Positions 1 to 11,262 of a DNA stretch of 64,000 nt are shown here, in pieces; within the stretch, counting starts at the first letter, position 1, and each line of letters starts with the position of its first letter. Source of the stretch: Diplonema japonicum (lineage: Eukaryota; Protista; Euglenozoa: Diplonemea); NCBI GenBank assembly GCA_964019335.1, contig OZ025724.1, forward strand, positions 248,001-312,000, written 5' to 3'. The notes under the pieces were generated by a model. That model made no database searches. It was not told where the DNA came from and saw only the letters and a program-made list of their open reading frames with translations. The translations under genes were made by a program, and so were the position numbers.

Positions 1-2546
1 AGATGCTCGTCACGAACGCCCTTCACCTTCACGCCTTGTTCTGCTAGAACGTCAGATAGCTTTTGATCGAACATTCCGATGAGCCTGTCCTTGCCATCAC
101 GCACTTCTACCACTACGTTGGGCACGTACCTCCTGTCCACGGGGTAGTTGAACTTCAAATACCCCACCATTCCGTAGTGTGGGTTCGTCCCGTTCGGTTC
201 ATCCACACCGGGCAGCAGTTGTGTTTGCATCATCGGCAGCGACAGATATTTCTGTTTTCTGTCCATCAAGTCCTCGTCCGTGTATATAGAACGCTTGTTC
301 GTGTTGATCCATTCGTAGTCCACAACGTCCTCCCATTCTGCAAACCCGCATTTTATCCTTATCTTCGTTCCCGAAACTGGGGTGTGAGAGAACAATCCGG
401 GGAGTGGTTCTAAGTCGCGGAGGCCCAGCATGCTGTACTCTAGTATCATGGGTTCGAATTGGATGAAGGGTATCAGGGATCCGTTTTCGGGTAGCTTGTG
501 GTGTTTTTCTTTGGAGAGGTTGGGGTGCATGATGTCGAAGGAGATGAGGATCTCCCCAGCTGGTATTTTCTTGCCGTCGATGATGTCATAGAGAGACTGC
601 CATTTCGGTTTGCGGGGTTTGTAGACCTCCCATTGGTTCACGATTATCTTGTTGCTGATCTCGAACTCCGTGCGGCCGATGATTGTGTCTGATGAGAATC
701 CTAGCAAGCCCTCTTCCCAGTCCCACACGGCAACGTTGATCATAGGGGCTTGCGAAAGGTCTTCGACCTTGGGAGGCATGAAAATTCTGCCGGTCAACGT
801 TTCGTACCAAAGAGGGCAAAGTGTTTCCTCGTTCCGTCTTGTTGTCTTTCTATAGTTCCCGCATTGAATCTCCGTGTACGGGTCGGAGGTACCCGTTCGA
901 TCCGCAGCAGCGAGGCCTCTTGCTTGGTAGATGTGGGATCGTAAAACGTAAGCTTTTTTATCGACGGGGCGAACAGGCTCGCGGACGCCTGCCGGATCGT
1001 AGTCGGAGTTCAGGCCGATACGGAACTGCAAGAACGTGGGGATATCGATCGCTAGCTTTCCCGTCTTTTTCTTTACGGGTTCGAAGAGGTGCCATTTCGG
1101 TCTGTAGCTCGACGTGGTGGAGACAACACTTTCCACGCATTGAGGAATGTCCTTCGGGTGGAGGACGAGCTCGGCAACGGCTTCCTGCGATAACGGTGCA
1201 TCTCTTAGAAGACGGACCACCACTACAGGAAGTTGATCCCAATCGCCCCAATCCGCCGTTTTCGAATCAATATTTTTCGGTTGATCGCCTTGGTTTGGAA
1301 AATCACCAGGGTCCCGGATTTCAGGCCATCGTGCTACAATTTCTTCCAGCGGTTCAAACCAGCATGCGATGCCGTGTTCGTCCTTGTGCATCATGCCTGA
1401 GGAACGGATTTCGTTGCCCCATTCTACTTCGACGATTAGATCTTCGAACCACCCGACGGCTTCGTCGAGAGACGCACCTTGGTACAAGTCGAATCTTAAT
1501 GTCCAGTTGACCTCTCTGGGTTTAACGGGACCGCCTGTGAGCATTTCCTTGTTTTTGTCAGGGAGTTTCACTTCGTCCATGTACTCTGCTTTGAACCCGG
1601 CCAACAGTCGGCCTACATATCTAGTGCGGGTGGGTTCGTTCATCTGACGTTTGTAGCATGCTTTCAACACCTCGTTGAGGTCCGGTTCTTCGGCGTGGCC
1701 GTAGAGGGGGAACCATCTCGGTGCCATTTCCCCGCCTTGCTCGATCAAGCGTTTGAACGAAAACGTTTTGTTCGAAATCAGTTCGTCGAATATTAGATCT
1801 TTATCGAGGAGTTCGAGGATGATTAGGTCGGTCGGAGCCCTTGCGCCGACTTTGAGAGTGATCTTCGTGTTGAACTTTGGGTTCTGATTCTGCTCGAATG
1901 TCTCCGTGGCGATTTTTTGCTTCCCGGCGAAACCAACTTTTAAGAAGGGATCGACAGTGCCCCACATGTCCATAATTGGTAGATCTTGTGCTTCCCATAA
2001 GTGGCAATGGATGAGGTAGCCATCTTTGCGAAGATTTGGAGGTTTAAGCATTGCGGCTTCGAGGTCGTCAGCGTTGTCCGTGGCAGGGTCCGCGAAGGGG
2101 TCTTCTTCTTCACGCGGCGGTTGGGAATCACCTTGTGTCACGTTTAGAATTAATATAGATGCTTTTAAAAACCCGCATGGTTCGCCCTCGTCTTCTCCTT
2201 TAGTGAGGACCATCCATTTTCTGTAATATTCGTGACCGGGTTCTTCTTTGTACACGTAGCTGAGGTCAACGACGAATTCACCTATTACGTCGTTTGAAAA
2301 CCAGGTGTCGGCGTCATAGACGGTAATCTTGAGGCTGTGCTCTCCTTCGTCTAGGTCGACTCCTTCGCGCTGAAAGTTGAAGTTCTTGTCCCAGAATGGG
2401 TTTAAGGTTTTGTCCTTCCCTTTCTTGCTCTGCTTTTTTTCACCCCAGCAGCTCACTTCCACGACCGGTATCGCCGTATTCGTGTCGCTCGTCGGAATTA
2501 AGTTCAACGCTTGTATCACATGAACTTGAACAAGGTACTGGGACAT
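1..2546 (-). CDS. Ferlin-family multi-C2-domain protein (5' part; runs off the window's left edge)
   Basis: Not in the ORF track, consistent with no stop codon inside the window. Hand translation from ATG 2546 (directly after TTTTGAACAG) stays open. It gives C2 motifs (TLNPFWDKNF; ITVYDADTWFSNDVIGEF), FerI-like HEYYRKWMVLT...GFLKASI...DDLEAAMLKPP, EAQDLPIMD...VDPFLKVGFAG, PRWFPLYG...YVGRLL and HIYQARGLAAADRTGTSDPY...TLCPLWYETL. Confidence 0.88.
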   Translation of the reverse strand, partial: MSQYLVQVHVIQALNLIPTSDTNTAIPVVEVSCWGEKKQSKKGKDKTLNPFWDKNFNFQREGVDLDEGEHSLKITVYDADTWFSNDVIGEFVVDLSYVYKEEPGHEYYRKWMVLTKGEDEGEPCGFLKASILILNVTQGDSQPPREEEDPFADPATDNADDLEAAMLKPPNLRKDGYLIHCHLWEAQDLPIMDMWGTVDPFLKVGFAGKQKIATETFEQNQNPKFNTKITLKVGARAPTDLIILELLDKDLIFDELISNKTFSFKRLIEQGGEMAPRWFPLYGHAEEPDLNEVLKACYKRQMNEPTRTRYVGRLLAGFKAEYMDEVKLPDKNKEMLTGGPVKPREVNWTLRFDLYQGASLDEAVGWFEDLIVEVEWGNEIRSSGMMHKDEHGIACWFEPLEEIVARWPEIRDPGDFPNQGDQPKNIDSKTADWGDWDQLPVVVVRLLRDAPLSQEAVAELVLHPKDIPQCVESVVSTTSSYRPKWHLFEPVKKKTGKLAIDIPTFLQFRIGLNSDYDPAGVREPVRPVDKKAYVLRSHIYQARGLAAADRTGTSDPYTEIQCGNYRKTTRRNEETLCPLWYETLTGRIFMPPKVEDLSQAPMINVAVWDWEEGLLGFSSDTIIGRTEFEISNKIIVNQWEVYKPRKPKWQSLYDIIDGKKIPAGEILISFDIMHPNLSKEKHHKLPENGSLIPFIQFEPMILEYSMLGLRDLEPLPGLFSHTPVSGTKIRIKCGFAEWEDVVDYEWINTNKRSIYTDEDLMDRKQKYLSLPMMQTQLLPGVDEPNGTNPHYGMVGYLKFNYPVDRRYVPNVVVEVRDGKDRLIGMFDQKLSDVLAEQGVKVKGVRDEH

Positions 2547-3591
2547 CTGTTCAAAAGGGATGGGGTGGGAGAGAAATCTATTTTTTTTTTTTGATCAAAA
2601 AGAAAGAGAAAAGAAAAACAATATATAAAAAAAAAAAAAAGGGAAATAGGAGAACAGGGTAGGAGGAGCGTGGATAAAATAAAAGCTTTTTCTTTTTTTT
2701 TTTTGTTTTTGTTTTGTTTTTTTTTTTTTCAATCTTATAAAGACGGGAAAACGGCTGGGGGGTAAAAAAAGGAAGAAATGGGGGAGAAAGGGATCATTTT
2801 TATGGGGGGGGGCAAAAGTGGGGGAAAAAGCAAGATGAAAAAAAAAGGGAGTAAAAAGAACAATGGGGAAGAGAAGAAGAGGTAAAGGGCATGTGTCATG
2901 TTGGCTAGGAGGGGGAAAAAAATTATTATCTTCAATTTCTTTTTTTGAATTGTAAGCGCCAGAGGAAGAACAAGGGGGGGAGAAAATAAAATAAAAAGGG
3001 GGTGCAAAAAAAGAAAGAGAATGAAAAATCAGTGAAGGGGGAGAAGCTGGACAAGGAAAACAAAAGGAAAAAAAAATGTCTTTGAAGGGAAAAAAGATAA
3101 AAGAGAACAAATCGGGGTCTACACTAACCACATTTCTTTTTTTTTTTTTTTTCCTTCTTTTTTTTTTCTTTCATTTCCAAATCCCTTTCTCTCTTTGTTA
3201 CAGGCTAGAATAAGCAAAACCGGTAAATCTTAAGGCTTTCTTTTCTAGAAGGGGTAGGGGAAAAAATAAATATCTCCCCCCCCAGAAAAAAAAAACCATA
3301 ATAACCAGTGTTAAAAAAAACAAAGAACAAAGAGAAAAGCCTTTTTTTTTGAAATAATTAATATCTTGATCAAAATGCTTTTTCTCTCTGAACCCACTTT
3401 TTTCTTTTTCTTTCATTCAATTTTTTTTTACCCACCCGTTTTACCCCCCCCCCCCCCCCCCGGCTCCCGCACCCTTTTTTAAAAAAAAAAGAAAAAAAAA
3501 ACGTTGGCAAAATTTTTTATTTTTTCTTTTTCTTTTTTTTTTCCTCTCCCCCCCCCCCCCGTTCCATTTTATTCTTTAGTTTTTAAAAAGA

Positions 3592-5754
3592 TCACATCAC
3601 GATGCACTGCTTCGGTTGTTGGTCCTTCAAGGTTCGGGGTTTTACTTTCTCAGCCTGGCAGGTTTTGCATTCCAGTTTGATCGATGTTTTAGGAGCAAGC
3701 AACAGCTTCTCCAAGTAAAACGCACGGCCGGTCCTCAAAGGGGTAGTACGGAACGTCAAGGGCTTGATCCCGACAGCAAGGTCACCAGCGCTGATGGCAG
3801 TTGCCTCACCAGCACCAATGGTGCTCGTGGAGCTGCAAGAATCTGAATCGTCCACACAGGCATTCGTGTTGAGCTGGTAGCTCCATTCATCTCCTGTGAT
3901 CACACTAGCGGGTGGTTGCCCACAAAGAACTGGGTTAACAGACCACGAAGAGACTTCTTGAAGATCTCCATGCCACTGTCCGTAATGGTTTTTATGCGGC
4001 ATCCAAAGCTCAACACATAAATGGTTCACAGGGATATCGATGGTAGGAATTTCGATGTTAAGGTCCGTCTCCGACTCGAACGCGGGAAGAACCGCTTTCT
4101 TGACAAATACTAGCTCAGCGGAGAATAAATTTTCTGACGATTTGACCAAAGGGATCAGGGTCTCACCGGAAGAATCAACAGCGGGCTTTACAGCTGATCC
4201 ATTGCTCAGAGCGGACCAGATTGTCGATCCTGAGGGAACCTTTACCCTGGCAAACTGCCTTTGAGTGTTACGCACGTTGTAACCAATATGGTAGAAAAGA
4301 TGCTCGCCAGTGTGTGTAATACGGTAGACACCCTGCTCTGCGGTTGCTACTAGAACGTCAACATCGTTGTGTTTAATAACGTTGAGGACCAAGGCGTAAC
4401 CGGTGTTCAGAAATTTGTACGCGTGTAGAATATTGTGGACGCCGCTGAGCTTTGGAGGCATTTCCTTGACATCGACCTTTGAAAGCCTCCTCACCTCTAC
4501 CTCTTGGATCTCAACGGCCGTTCTTGCTTGGATGGCAATGTTTCCCTTTGAGCGGTTTGCTGCAGGCGGGTGGAATGACGGAAGGCCGATCATGCATGAT
4601 GTACTGATCATTTCAATCTCCGCAGTTATAACAAAGTGGATGACACCTTCGACTGCGGACTCCATTTGAAGCTTCAAAACTTGATGGCCTTTCTTTTCGG
4701 TGTTTTCCGCGATATCCCATTTCTGCAGGCCTGGTCCATCGACAGCGAGTACTCTGACGTGCTTACCCTTCTTGAACAAATCGTTGTACCCTGATGTCTG
4801 GTGTGGAGCTGAGCCGTGGCATTCTCCGATTTCCAACACAAACGATGAAACGCTCCCGTTCGTGATGGTGAAGTGCTGGTGGAGGGTTGTCACGCAAACC
4901 CCGCCTCCGATGGAGTGGAGGTAGTCCTGGCCGGAGGTGAGCAGCATTTCCTTCACAGGCTTCGGTTTGGCCAATGGGAGCGGCTTCATGTCGTCGTACT
5001 TAGGTTTTTCGATAGCCTGTTTCAGCCACTTCACAGATATAACATCGCTAGGAGGGATGACCGCTTGTACTTTCGTCTTGCCATCTACAACGTCAGACTT
5101 CACTGTCACTGCCTGGGGTACCGTTACCTCGAGGCCTGGGGTTTTTTTTTTTTTTTTGTTTTTTTGTCATTTACCTGTCCAAGGTAATATGGCGTTGAGG
5201 TTGCATTGTGTGGCCTTCGGGAGGCTGAAGTTGACTATCTGCTTCAGCGCTGTTGCGTAGGGGAACTGCGCCTCCATGGCCACCTCATACATCCCTTGCT
5301 GTGTTGTGAAGAACACAGTGGAACCGCCTGAGGGTTTTTTTTTTTTTTTTTTGAAAAGGTAGTACCAGCGAAGGTTACTCTTCCGTGATCAGTTTCCGCT
5401 TCCTTGTCGGCGTCCTGCTTTCCAAGTTTCTTGGAGGTGATGTTGCTGACGGCAACACCGGCCGGGAGTAAAGTGACGTTGGTGATTTCCTCTTCCCTCT
5501 TCATGACCGTGATCTTGAATTTTAACTTAACGGCTACAACTTGTTCTTGCATCTGGTGCAAAAAAAAGAAATAAAGATTTTTTTTTTTTTATATTATTTA
5601 TTTATACCTCAGCATCAACATCAACGGTGGTCACGAAAACATCTACAGGGCATTTGGGCGGTACTTTGAAAAGGTTTTCCAGTTCATCACACAATCTGCC
5701 GCCACTGTTCCCGTTCCTCTGGACAAGCTGGGACATTGTGCATTTTTTCGACAT
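3592..5754 (-). CDS. Hypothetical 676-aa beta-rich protein with C-terminal CaaX (CIVM); 4 exons: 5754-5608, 5552-5366, 5327-5175, 5135-3592
   Basis: Removing three GT-AG introns joins ORF-track fragments 5602-5892, 5244-5561 and 3592-5109 into one frame (2031 nt, divisible by 3). The ATG at 5754 has the A-rich context seen in other genes. Confidence 0.8.
5136..5174 (-). other. 39-nt GT-AG intron, poly(A)-filled
   Basis: GTAAATGAC, then A-runs, then CCCCAG; removal restores the frame (...PWT-G-LEVTV...). Confidence 0.8.
5328..5365 (-). other. 38-nt GT-AG intron, poly(A)-filled
   Basis: GTACTACCTTTTC-A18-CCCTCAG; removal restores the frame (...TFA-G-GSTVFF...). Confidence 0.8.
5553..5607 (-). 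other. 55-nt GT-AG intron (A-run followed by T-run)
   Basis: GAG|GTATAAAT...TTTTGCACCAG|ATG, phase 0; contains the in-frame stop of exon 1. Confidence 0.75.
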
Positions 5755-6969
5755 TTTTCTTGCTTTTTTGTGGGGTACCTTTTTTTTTTTTTTTTTTCTT
5801 CCCCCAAAGTGGTGCAACAAAAACAAAAAAAAAGAAATGAGGGAAGGGAGCAGATAGAAAAAAAAAGAAAAAAAAAAAAGAGAGTGAGACATTGGAGGTT
5901 CTATAGAGGGTTAGCTACTGCCGCCCTCTCTCCTAGAATGTTGTTTTCCCTTTGATTGGGCAAACAAGCAGCAACCAAAATTGAAAACTTAGATTATATT
6001 TCTGAAGGCAATCAAGCATATGAGAAGGACAGGGTTGTTTCCAAGGTAAAAGAAAACTAGAAAACTAGACGATTGAGGTTCACACGCTTTCGCGCTCACC
6101 AGCTAGCCCTCCGATATTCAAGAGAGAAAACAACACCCGTCGTGTAAACTGACAAAAGAAAACCGTAAAAAAACCCCCTTTTTTTTTTTTTTTTTTTTGG
6201 TGAGCCGTTGCTCACCAATAGTTTTGGCCGGACCGACTAAAAAATCAAAAAAAAAGAAAAAAAAAGAAAAAGAGGTGCACGGTAGTAGATTTAAGGGAAA
6301 GTAATGCGTGTAAATATTTGGGGGGGATGGGGGGGGGGTAACTGTTTTGAGAAGGGGAGGAAGAAAAAAAAAAAAGAATACCAAATAAACTATTTCTTCT
6401 TTTCTTTATTCACGTGTGTAAAATAATTTGGTTAAAAGCTGCAAGGTGTTAAAGCAAGAAAGAAAAAAAAAAAAGAGGAAAGGAAAAATGGAAAAAAAGA
6501 AATATATATTGGAGTTTATCAGATCGATATATATTTTTCACATTGCAGCATTTTCCATTTTGGGGGGGTTCCGAGAGGGGTGCAAATCAGTTGATGGGAG
6601 ATTGAAAGAAGAAGTGGGAATTTTCTATCTGGAGGGAAGCCTCCTTTACTATTTTTTTTTTTTTGTTCCTTCAATTTTTTTTCTTCCTCCCAATCCTTTT
6701 GATCTCTCGTTTTTGTGTGTGTAAAAAAGTAAGAAAAAAGTAAGAAAAAAGAAAAGAAAAAAAAAAAGTATTCAATGTTGCAACTATGGGCCGCTTCAAG
6801 AAGACAAAAAGGCCCTATAGTAACATTTTTTTTTTTTTTTTTTTTTTTTTTTACCATAAAGATATTTAGGTTGTTTAGTGGTGTACTTCCTTGGGGAAAT
6901 AAAATAAAAGAAAAAGACTTTTTCAATGTTTGTATGCTTGTTCCAGCATTAAAATAATATAAAAAAAAA

Positions 6970-7205
6970 GCTCGATAAGATTTCAGTGTGCATGGGGGGT
7001 GCTCACTGTTCAGTAGAAAAAAGAAAGAACTTTCTCACAGAGGTAAGGCAAGAAAGGGGTGCCACAAGTCAATTGGTCCATACCATAAGGCACGAGATCC
7101 AAACTGGGCAAACTTGTTCTCTCCTCCGAGCACCTTGCCACTGTAACACAGATTTCCCTTAAATAACTCGCTTTAAGGGGAGGTGACGCACCCAAGCCTC
7201 CCTCC
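6970..7205 (-). mobile_element. SINE-like non-autonomous retroposon: structured head plus 3' tail of the LINE family at 30266-36884
   Basis: Head GGTGC..CACCTCCCCTTAAAGCGAGTTA..GGAAATCTGTG..GGTGCTCGG shared with 16378-16650 and 50097-50405. Tail CTGAACAGTGAGCACCCCCCATGCACACTGAAAT matches 30273-30307. Confidence 0.65.
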
Positions 7206-7228
7206 AAAAAAAAAAAAAAAAAAAAAAA

Positions 7229-8120
7229 AGAGACATTTAAGGGTACCTGCGGTATGTGGCAGGACGCCTGAAGAGTCTCAATCTATCTCTTGATCGAACC
7301 TTTCTGCTGTGGTGTGGCCTTCGGCCCCTCGTTCACCCTCCTCGGTACCTTAGGTATAAAACCCTCAACCGAGTTGGTAAGGTGTTGCCTCAAACCATTG
7401 TCGTAGTACCACCTCAGTGACCGTGGCTTAAGCAAACTCCCCTTCTCGAAAGGCCTGTTCCACAGGTGAACGCTGAAGTCCATCGTCTTTTTCCGTGCGA
7501 AGGTGAGTTGTAAGCTACCAGTAATCTCCGCCATCATCAGCTGCAACTCGGCAGTGTCCAGCCCGAGTCCCACTGTCGCGATGCCGTGCAGTTGCGTGAA
7601 CCGGGGCCACTGGTTACGTTGTGTGCACAGCGCCGCCCGCGTCTCGGAAGCTGTCCTGATGTGCTCGTGCGCCTGACAGTCCCAGAGGGTGTGCTCCAGG
7701 AGTCTCGCCGTGTGTTCCGAAATGTCGAAAGTAGCGTCGCAGCCCATGCATTTCGTCCGCCCCCCGACCGTGTCGTTGATGATCTTGGGGTGGAACGGGA
7801 AAACAGCCCCGGTTATCACCTGCAGTACCCTTCGTGCTTTGGGAGGGTTGCGGGTCGCCAGGTGCAGGTGTAGCCCGTTGGTTGCCACTTCGTCGATGTC
7901 GCCCGTCCCCTGAAAGGAGGGTCTGCTCTCCTCGAGGTCCGCTCGCAGGTGGACCTTCAGGAGCTTCCTGACCTCATGCTTCAGTGCCCCAGGCTCTGAA
8001 TTGCGCCCAGCTGGACCCTAGTTCCTCCAGCAGCTCGTGGGTCTGTCTGAGTATCCCGCGCGGGGCGAGGGGGTTTCCGTTTCGGGCGGCCTCCTTGTAG
8101 CCGTCTCTGCACGCCCTGAC
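7229..8120 (-). mobile_element. 5'-truncated, degenerate non-LTR retrotransposon fragment (zinc-knuckle/C-terminal region plus 3' hairpin)
   Basis: ORF 7283-7888 has CMGC...HTLWDC...LHGI, matching ORF2 C-termini of the neighbouring LINEs. 3' UTR hairpin GAGAC...GTCTC is followed by a long T-run. Confidence 0.8.
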
Positions 8121-8125
8121 GAGTG

Positions 8126-8161
<36 letters not shown>

Positions 8162-8213
8162 AAAGTACAGGACAAGCCCCCCGCTAGAGGGCCGCCCTAT
8201 GGGAGGGGGGGGT

Positions 8214-11200
8214 CTATCTGTTAATACTCCCCTTCTGGAGCATTGCTTTCATCCCGATTGTGGCTGCGAGCGTCTTGCGGAGTCGTGTGATGCGATCCCG
8301 CTTGTAGGCGGCCTTCAAATCCATCAGCTTGTGAGGGATTTCACCCTTTTCTGCTCATCCGCTGGGAAGGGGCGTCGCTTCTTCCGTGCCCTGCACGCTG
8401 CGTTTATCTTTACGATTAGGGCCTTGATTCTGCGTGCCCTATCTTCCTGCAGGCCTCCTAATGATTTACCGGTCGTCCATTCGAAGTCAATGGCTAGCTC
8501 CACCGCCGACACCTCCGAGGCGGTGTCCTTCTCCACCCAGCGCAGCTGTGACAACCATTGTAGCAGCGGGTTCAGGTACTGGGACAGGACCCCACCCACT
8601 CCCTCGAGCTCGCCTGCTATCGGAACGGGGCATCTCTTTCCTACTACATTTCGTTCCCACGGTAGCGGCTGTGTGTTGACGTCCTCCTTCTGCACGAGCT
8701 CCACGTCCCGCTTCTCAACCACCACGGCCAAGTATCGTTGCAGTTTTTCCAGGTATGCAAAGGCATGTCCTCTCGGCAGTATTGCGTGTAGCTCAAGACA
8801 CAGGGGCCATCCCGTCCTGTCGCGCAGCGGTTCCAAACCGTCCTGTGCCAGCTCGTCCCGTGCGCAGGCACACTCGTAAAGCTGATGGCGGAGTAAGGTT
8901 ACCGTGTCCGGGTGTGGTGACTCACACAGGTCACACCTGAACCCTTGTGTGCGTGGTACTTCCGTCGTTGGGACGTGGTCTATGCTGTCCCCGTCTTCCT
9001 CGGTGCCATCTCCTTCTGGTGCCAGGGGGACGCTCCTTTGACTCGTACCTGCATGCGGGCTAAGGTAGGGGACCCCTCCGGCGATCACCCGTCTCAGGCC
9101 ATGAGAGCTGTTCCATGAGGGCTGTTGTCGTACTGTGCTTGGGCCTAAACCCGTGCTGTCTCGGCGTGATCCAACGTTCCTGCCAGTCAAGGACATCCTT
9201 CAGCCTCGTACACGCCCACAAGCGGTAGATGGTGCTGGTCACTGTGATGGGTCGGTGGTTCAGCGGTGCTGACCCTTCACCCTTTGGTATCAGTGACACC
9301 AGGGCTGTCGTGATCTGTCTCGGCCACTGGCCCGTCTCCTCAATCAGGTTGAAGAGGTCTGCGAAGGCCTTCAGGATGCTCACCGGGAGACGTTTCAGCT
9401 CACTCATTCGCCAGCCGTCTACGCCACAGGCTCCCTTCTCCGGCTTCTTTTTGACCACTTCTCTTAGCCGCTCTGCTGTGATCGGGGTCCGCGTCATTGG
9501 GGTTTTCTTGATTAAGTCCCTGTAGCGTTGCGAATCGTTCGTACTGCGGCTCGTCTTCTGGTGTCCGCGCAGAAAAGATGCCCGACCAAGCATCCCGCAT
9601 CACCTCGTCCATCTTCCGTAGGTTTGCGGTCACCCCGCCGTCTGCTGTCTCAACCACATCTGTCTTCTGGTTTGGGCGGTCTCTGACCCAGGCCGTGATG
9701 TGTCTGCGCTCCTTCCCAAGTCTGAGCGTATTGAACGTTCGTATGCTTTCGCCTGATGTTCTTGCGTTGTAGGAGCAGCTCCGATAACATTCCCTGGGCG
9801 TGATCTTCAGCTATTTCCAGCTCTCCCCTGATGCTATCAATACTCCCTGCCGCGTCGGTCTTGCAGGACTCGACCTTCAGCTCTTCCCCCAACGTTGTAA
9901 TGTTCCTGAGTGTGTTCCGTACCTCTACTGGGAGCGGCCCGCAGTGCCCGCCCTCATAGAGCTTTAACATTTGCTGTTTTGCGCTTCGGATTTTGAGCTT
10001 CAACTTCTCAAGTCGTTGTTGTCGATTTGTTGCCGCCCCAACTGTCGACTCCGTAGACCTCGCACTCAGCTCCGACTTCGTAGGCTCCCGAACCTTGCCT
10101 CTCCCGGTGTATACGCTGCGCACCGGACCCACGTATCCATGTAGTAGGTACTGCTCCGCGAGGTCTGCTATCTCCGAGAACGCTTCGGTGGGCTTCTGCG
10201 CCGTAATGAACTCACGGTATTTCGACTTCTGCATCAGTGTCTCCGCTACTCCGGTGGGTGCCCTCTTGGTCTTCGGTATCTCCTGCGGGACGGTGTATCT
10301 TAGGACTTCTTGTCGGAAGGCTGGGATGTTGAGTGTTACCGACAGGCATCGGTGGTCCGACCCGGAGATAGCCTCGTTTACTCCACAGTGTTCGAGCCCC
10401 TGGGCCGCGATGTTGTTCAACAGTACCCTATCCACCCGCGTACTGCAGTTGGTTCTGACAAGCGTGCTCTCTACCTGCACTCCATCCCTCCGAGCACAGA
10501 ACGCAGCGGCGTCTACCCAGTCCGTCTGTAGAGCCCTCCTTAGCGTGGCGGAACGGGTTTCGTCCGTGTTGAAGTCACCCATCACGGCCACCGGCACGTC
10601 TCCCAGCTCGAACTTGAGTCGGTGTAGTAGGTAATGGAGAAGCTCCTCACGGTACTTCGCCTTCGTCGGGTCTTGTCCTGAGTGGCAGTATACATTCACC
10701 AGATGAAGCCATCGCTTGTTCCCATCAAGTGAGATTTTCACGTGTGACCATCTGTCCTTGTGCGGCCCAGCCGTTTCACAGACCACCGCTGTCCGTGGTT
10801 TTTTCACAAAGGTTCCTAGTCCGCCCCGCTTCGCTATCGTCAGAGACGTGACACCCTTGGTCTCCCTCCCCGGCTGAGGTTTGCTCCAGAATCTGGTGTA
10901 TTGTTTGCCCCAAACATCATCTCTCAGCAGTGTTCAATCTCCATCTGAGTCTGTGCTGTGAGGGCAGTTTCTTGGATGCAGAATGCGTCCGGGAGGACAG
11001 TAGAGTACTCACCCAGCCGGTTGTTTAGTGCTGAGCCGTTGTGTGTGAAAATGGTGAAACTCTCTGGTCCTGGCTCTGGTCCGGGGTGGGGTTCGACACC
11101 TTGTTCGATGAGGCGTTCAAATTTCTTGTCAGATAGGTGTATCGGATTGTATTTGGATGGACGGGAAAGGGGGGGAGGGAATGGGTTTGAAGGGTGGGTT

Positions 11201-11220
11201 TGGGGGGAGTTCCCCTGTAG
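8214..11220 (-). pseudogene. Disrupted ORF2 (2A-like motif, APE endonuclease, partial RT, zinc knuckle, C-terminal domain) of element A
   Basis: Fragments 9650-10807, 9400-9657, 9060-9593 and 8324-9196 lie in different frames. Upstream hand translation gives ...RLIEQGVEPHPGPEPGPESFTIFTHNGSAL...FCIQETAL. Confidence 0.85.
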
Positions 11221-11262
11221 TCACTGCTCGCTTTGCTCGCATCACCCTATTGCAGTCTAATA

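Noticed and set aside
8158-8172. CTGTACTTT at the 3' end of element A as an SL target-site duplication
   Set aside because: Only 9 nt, not continued by ATTG, and the same string occurs at ~51827; insufficient to claim insertion into an SL gene.
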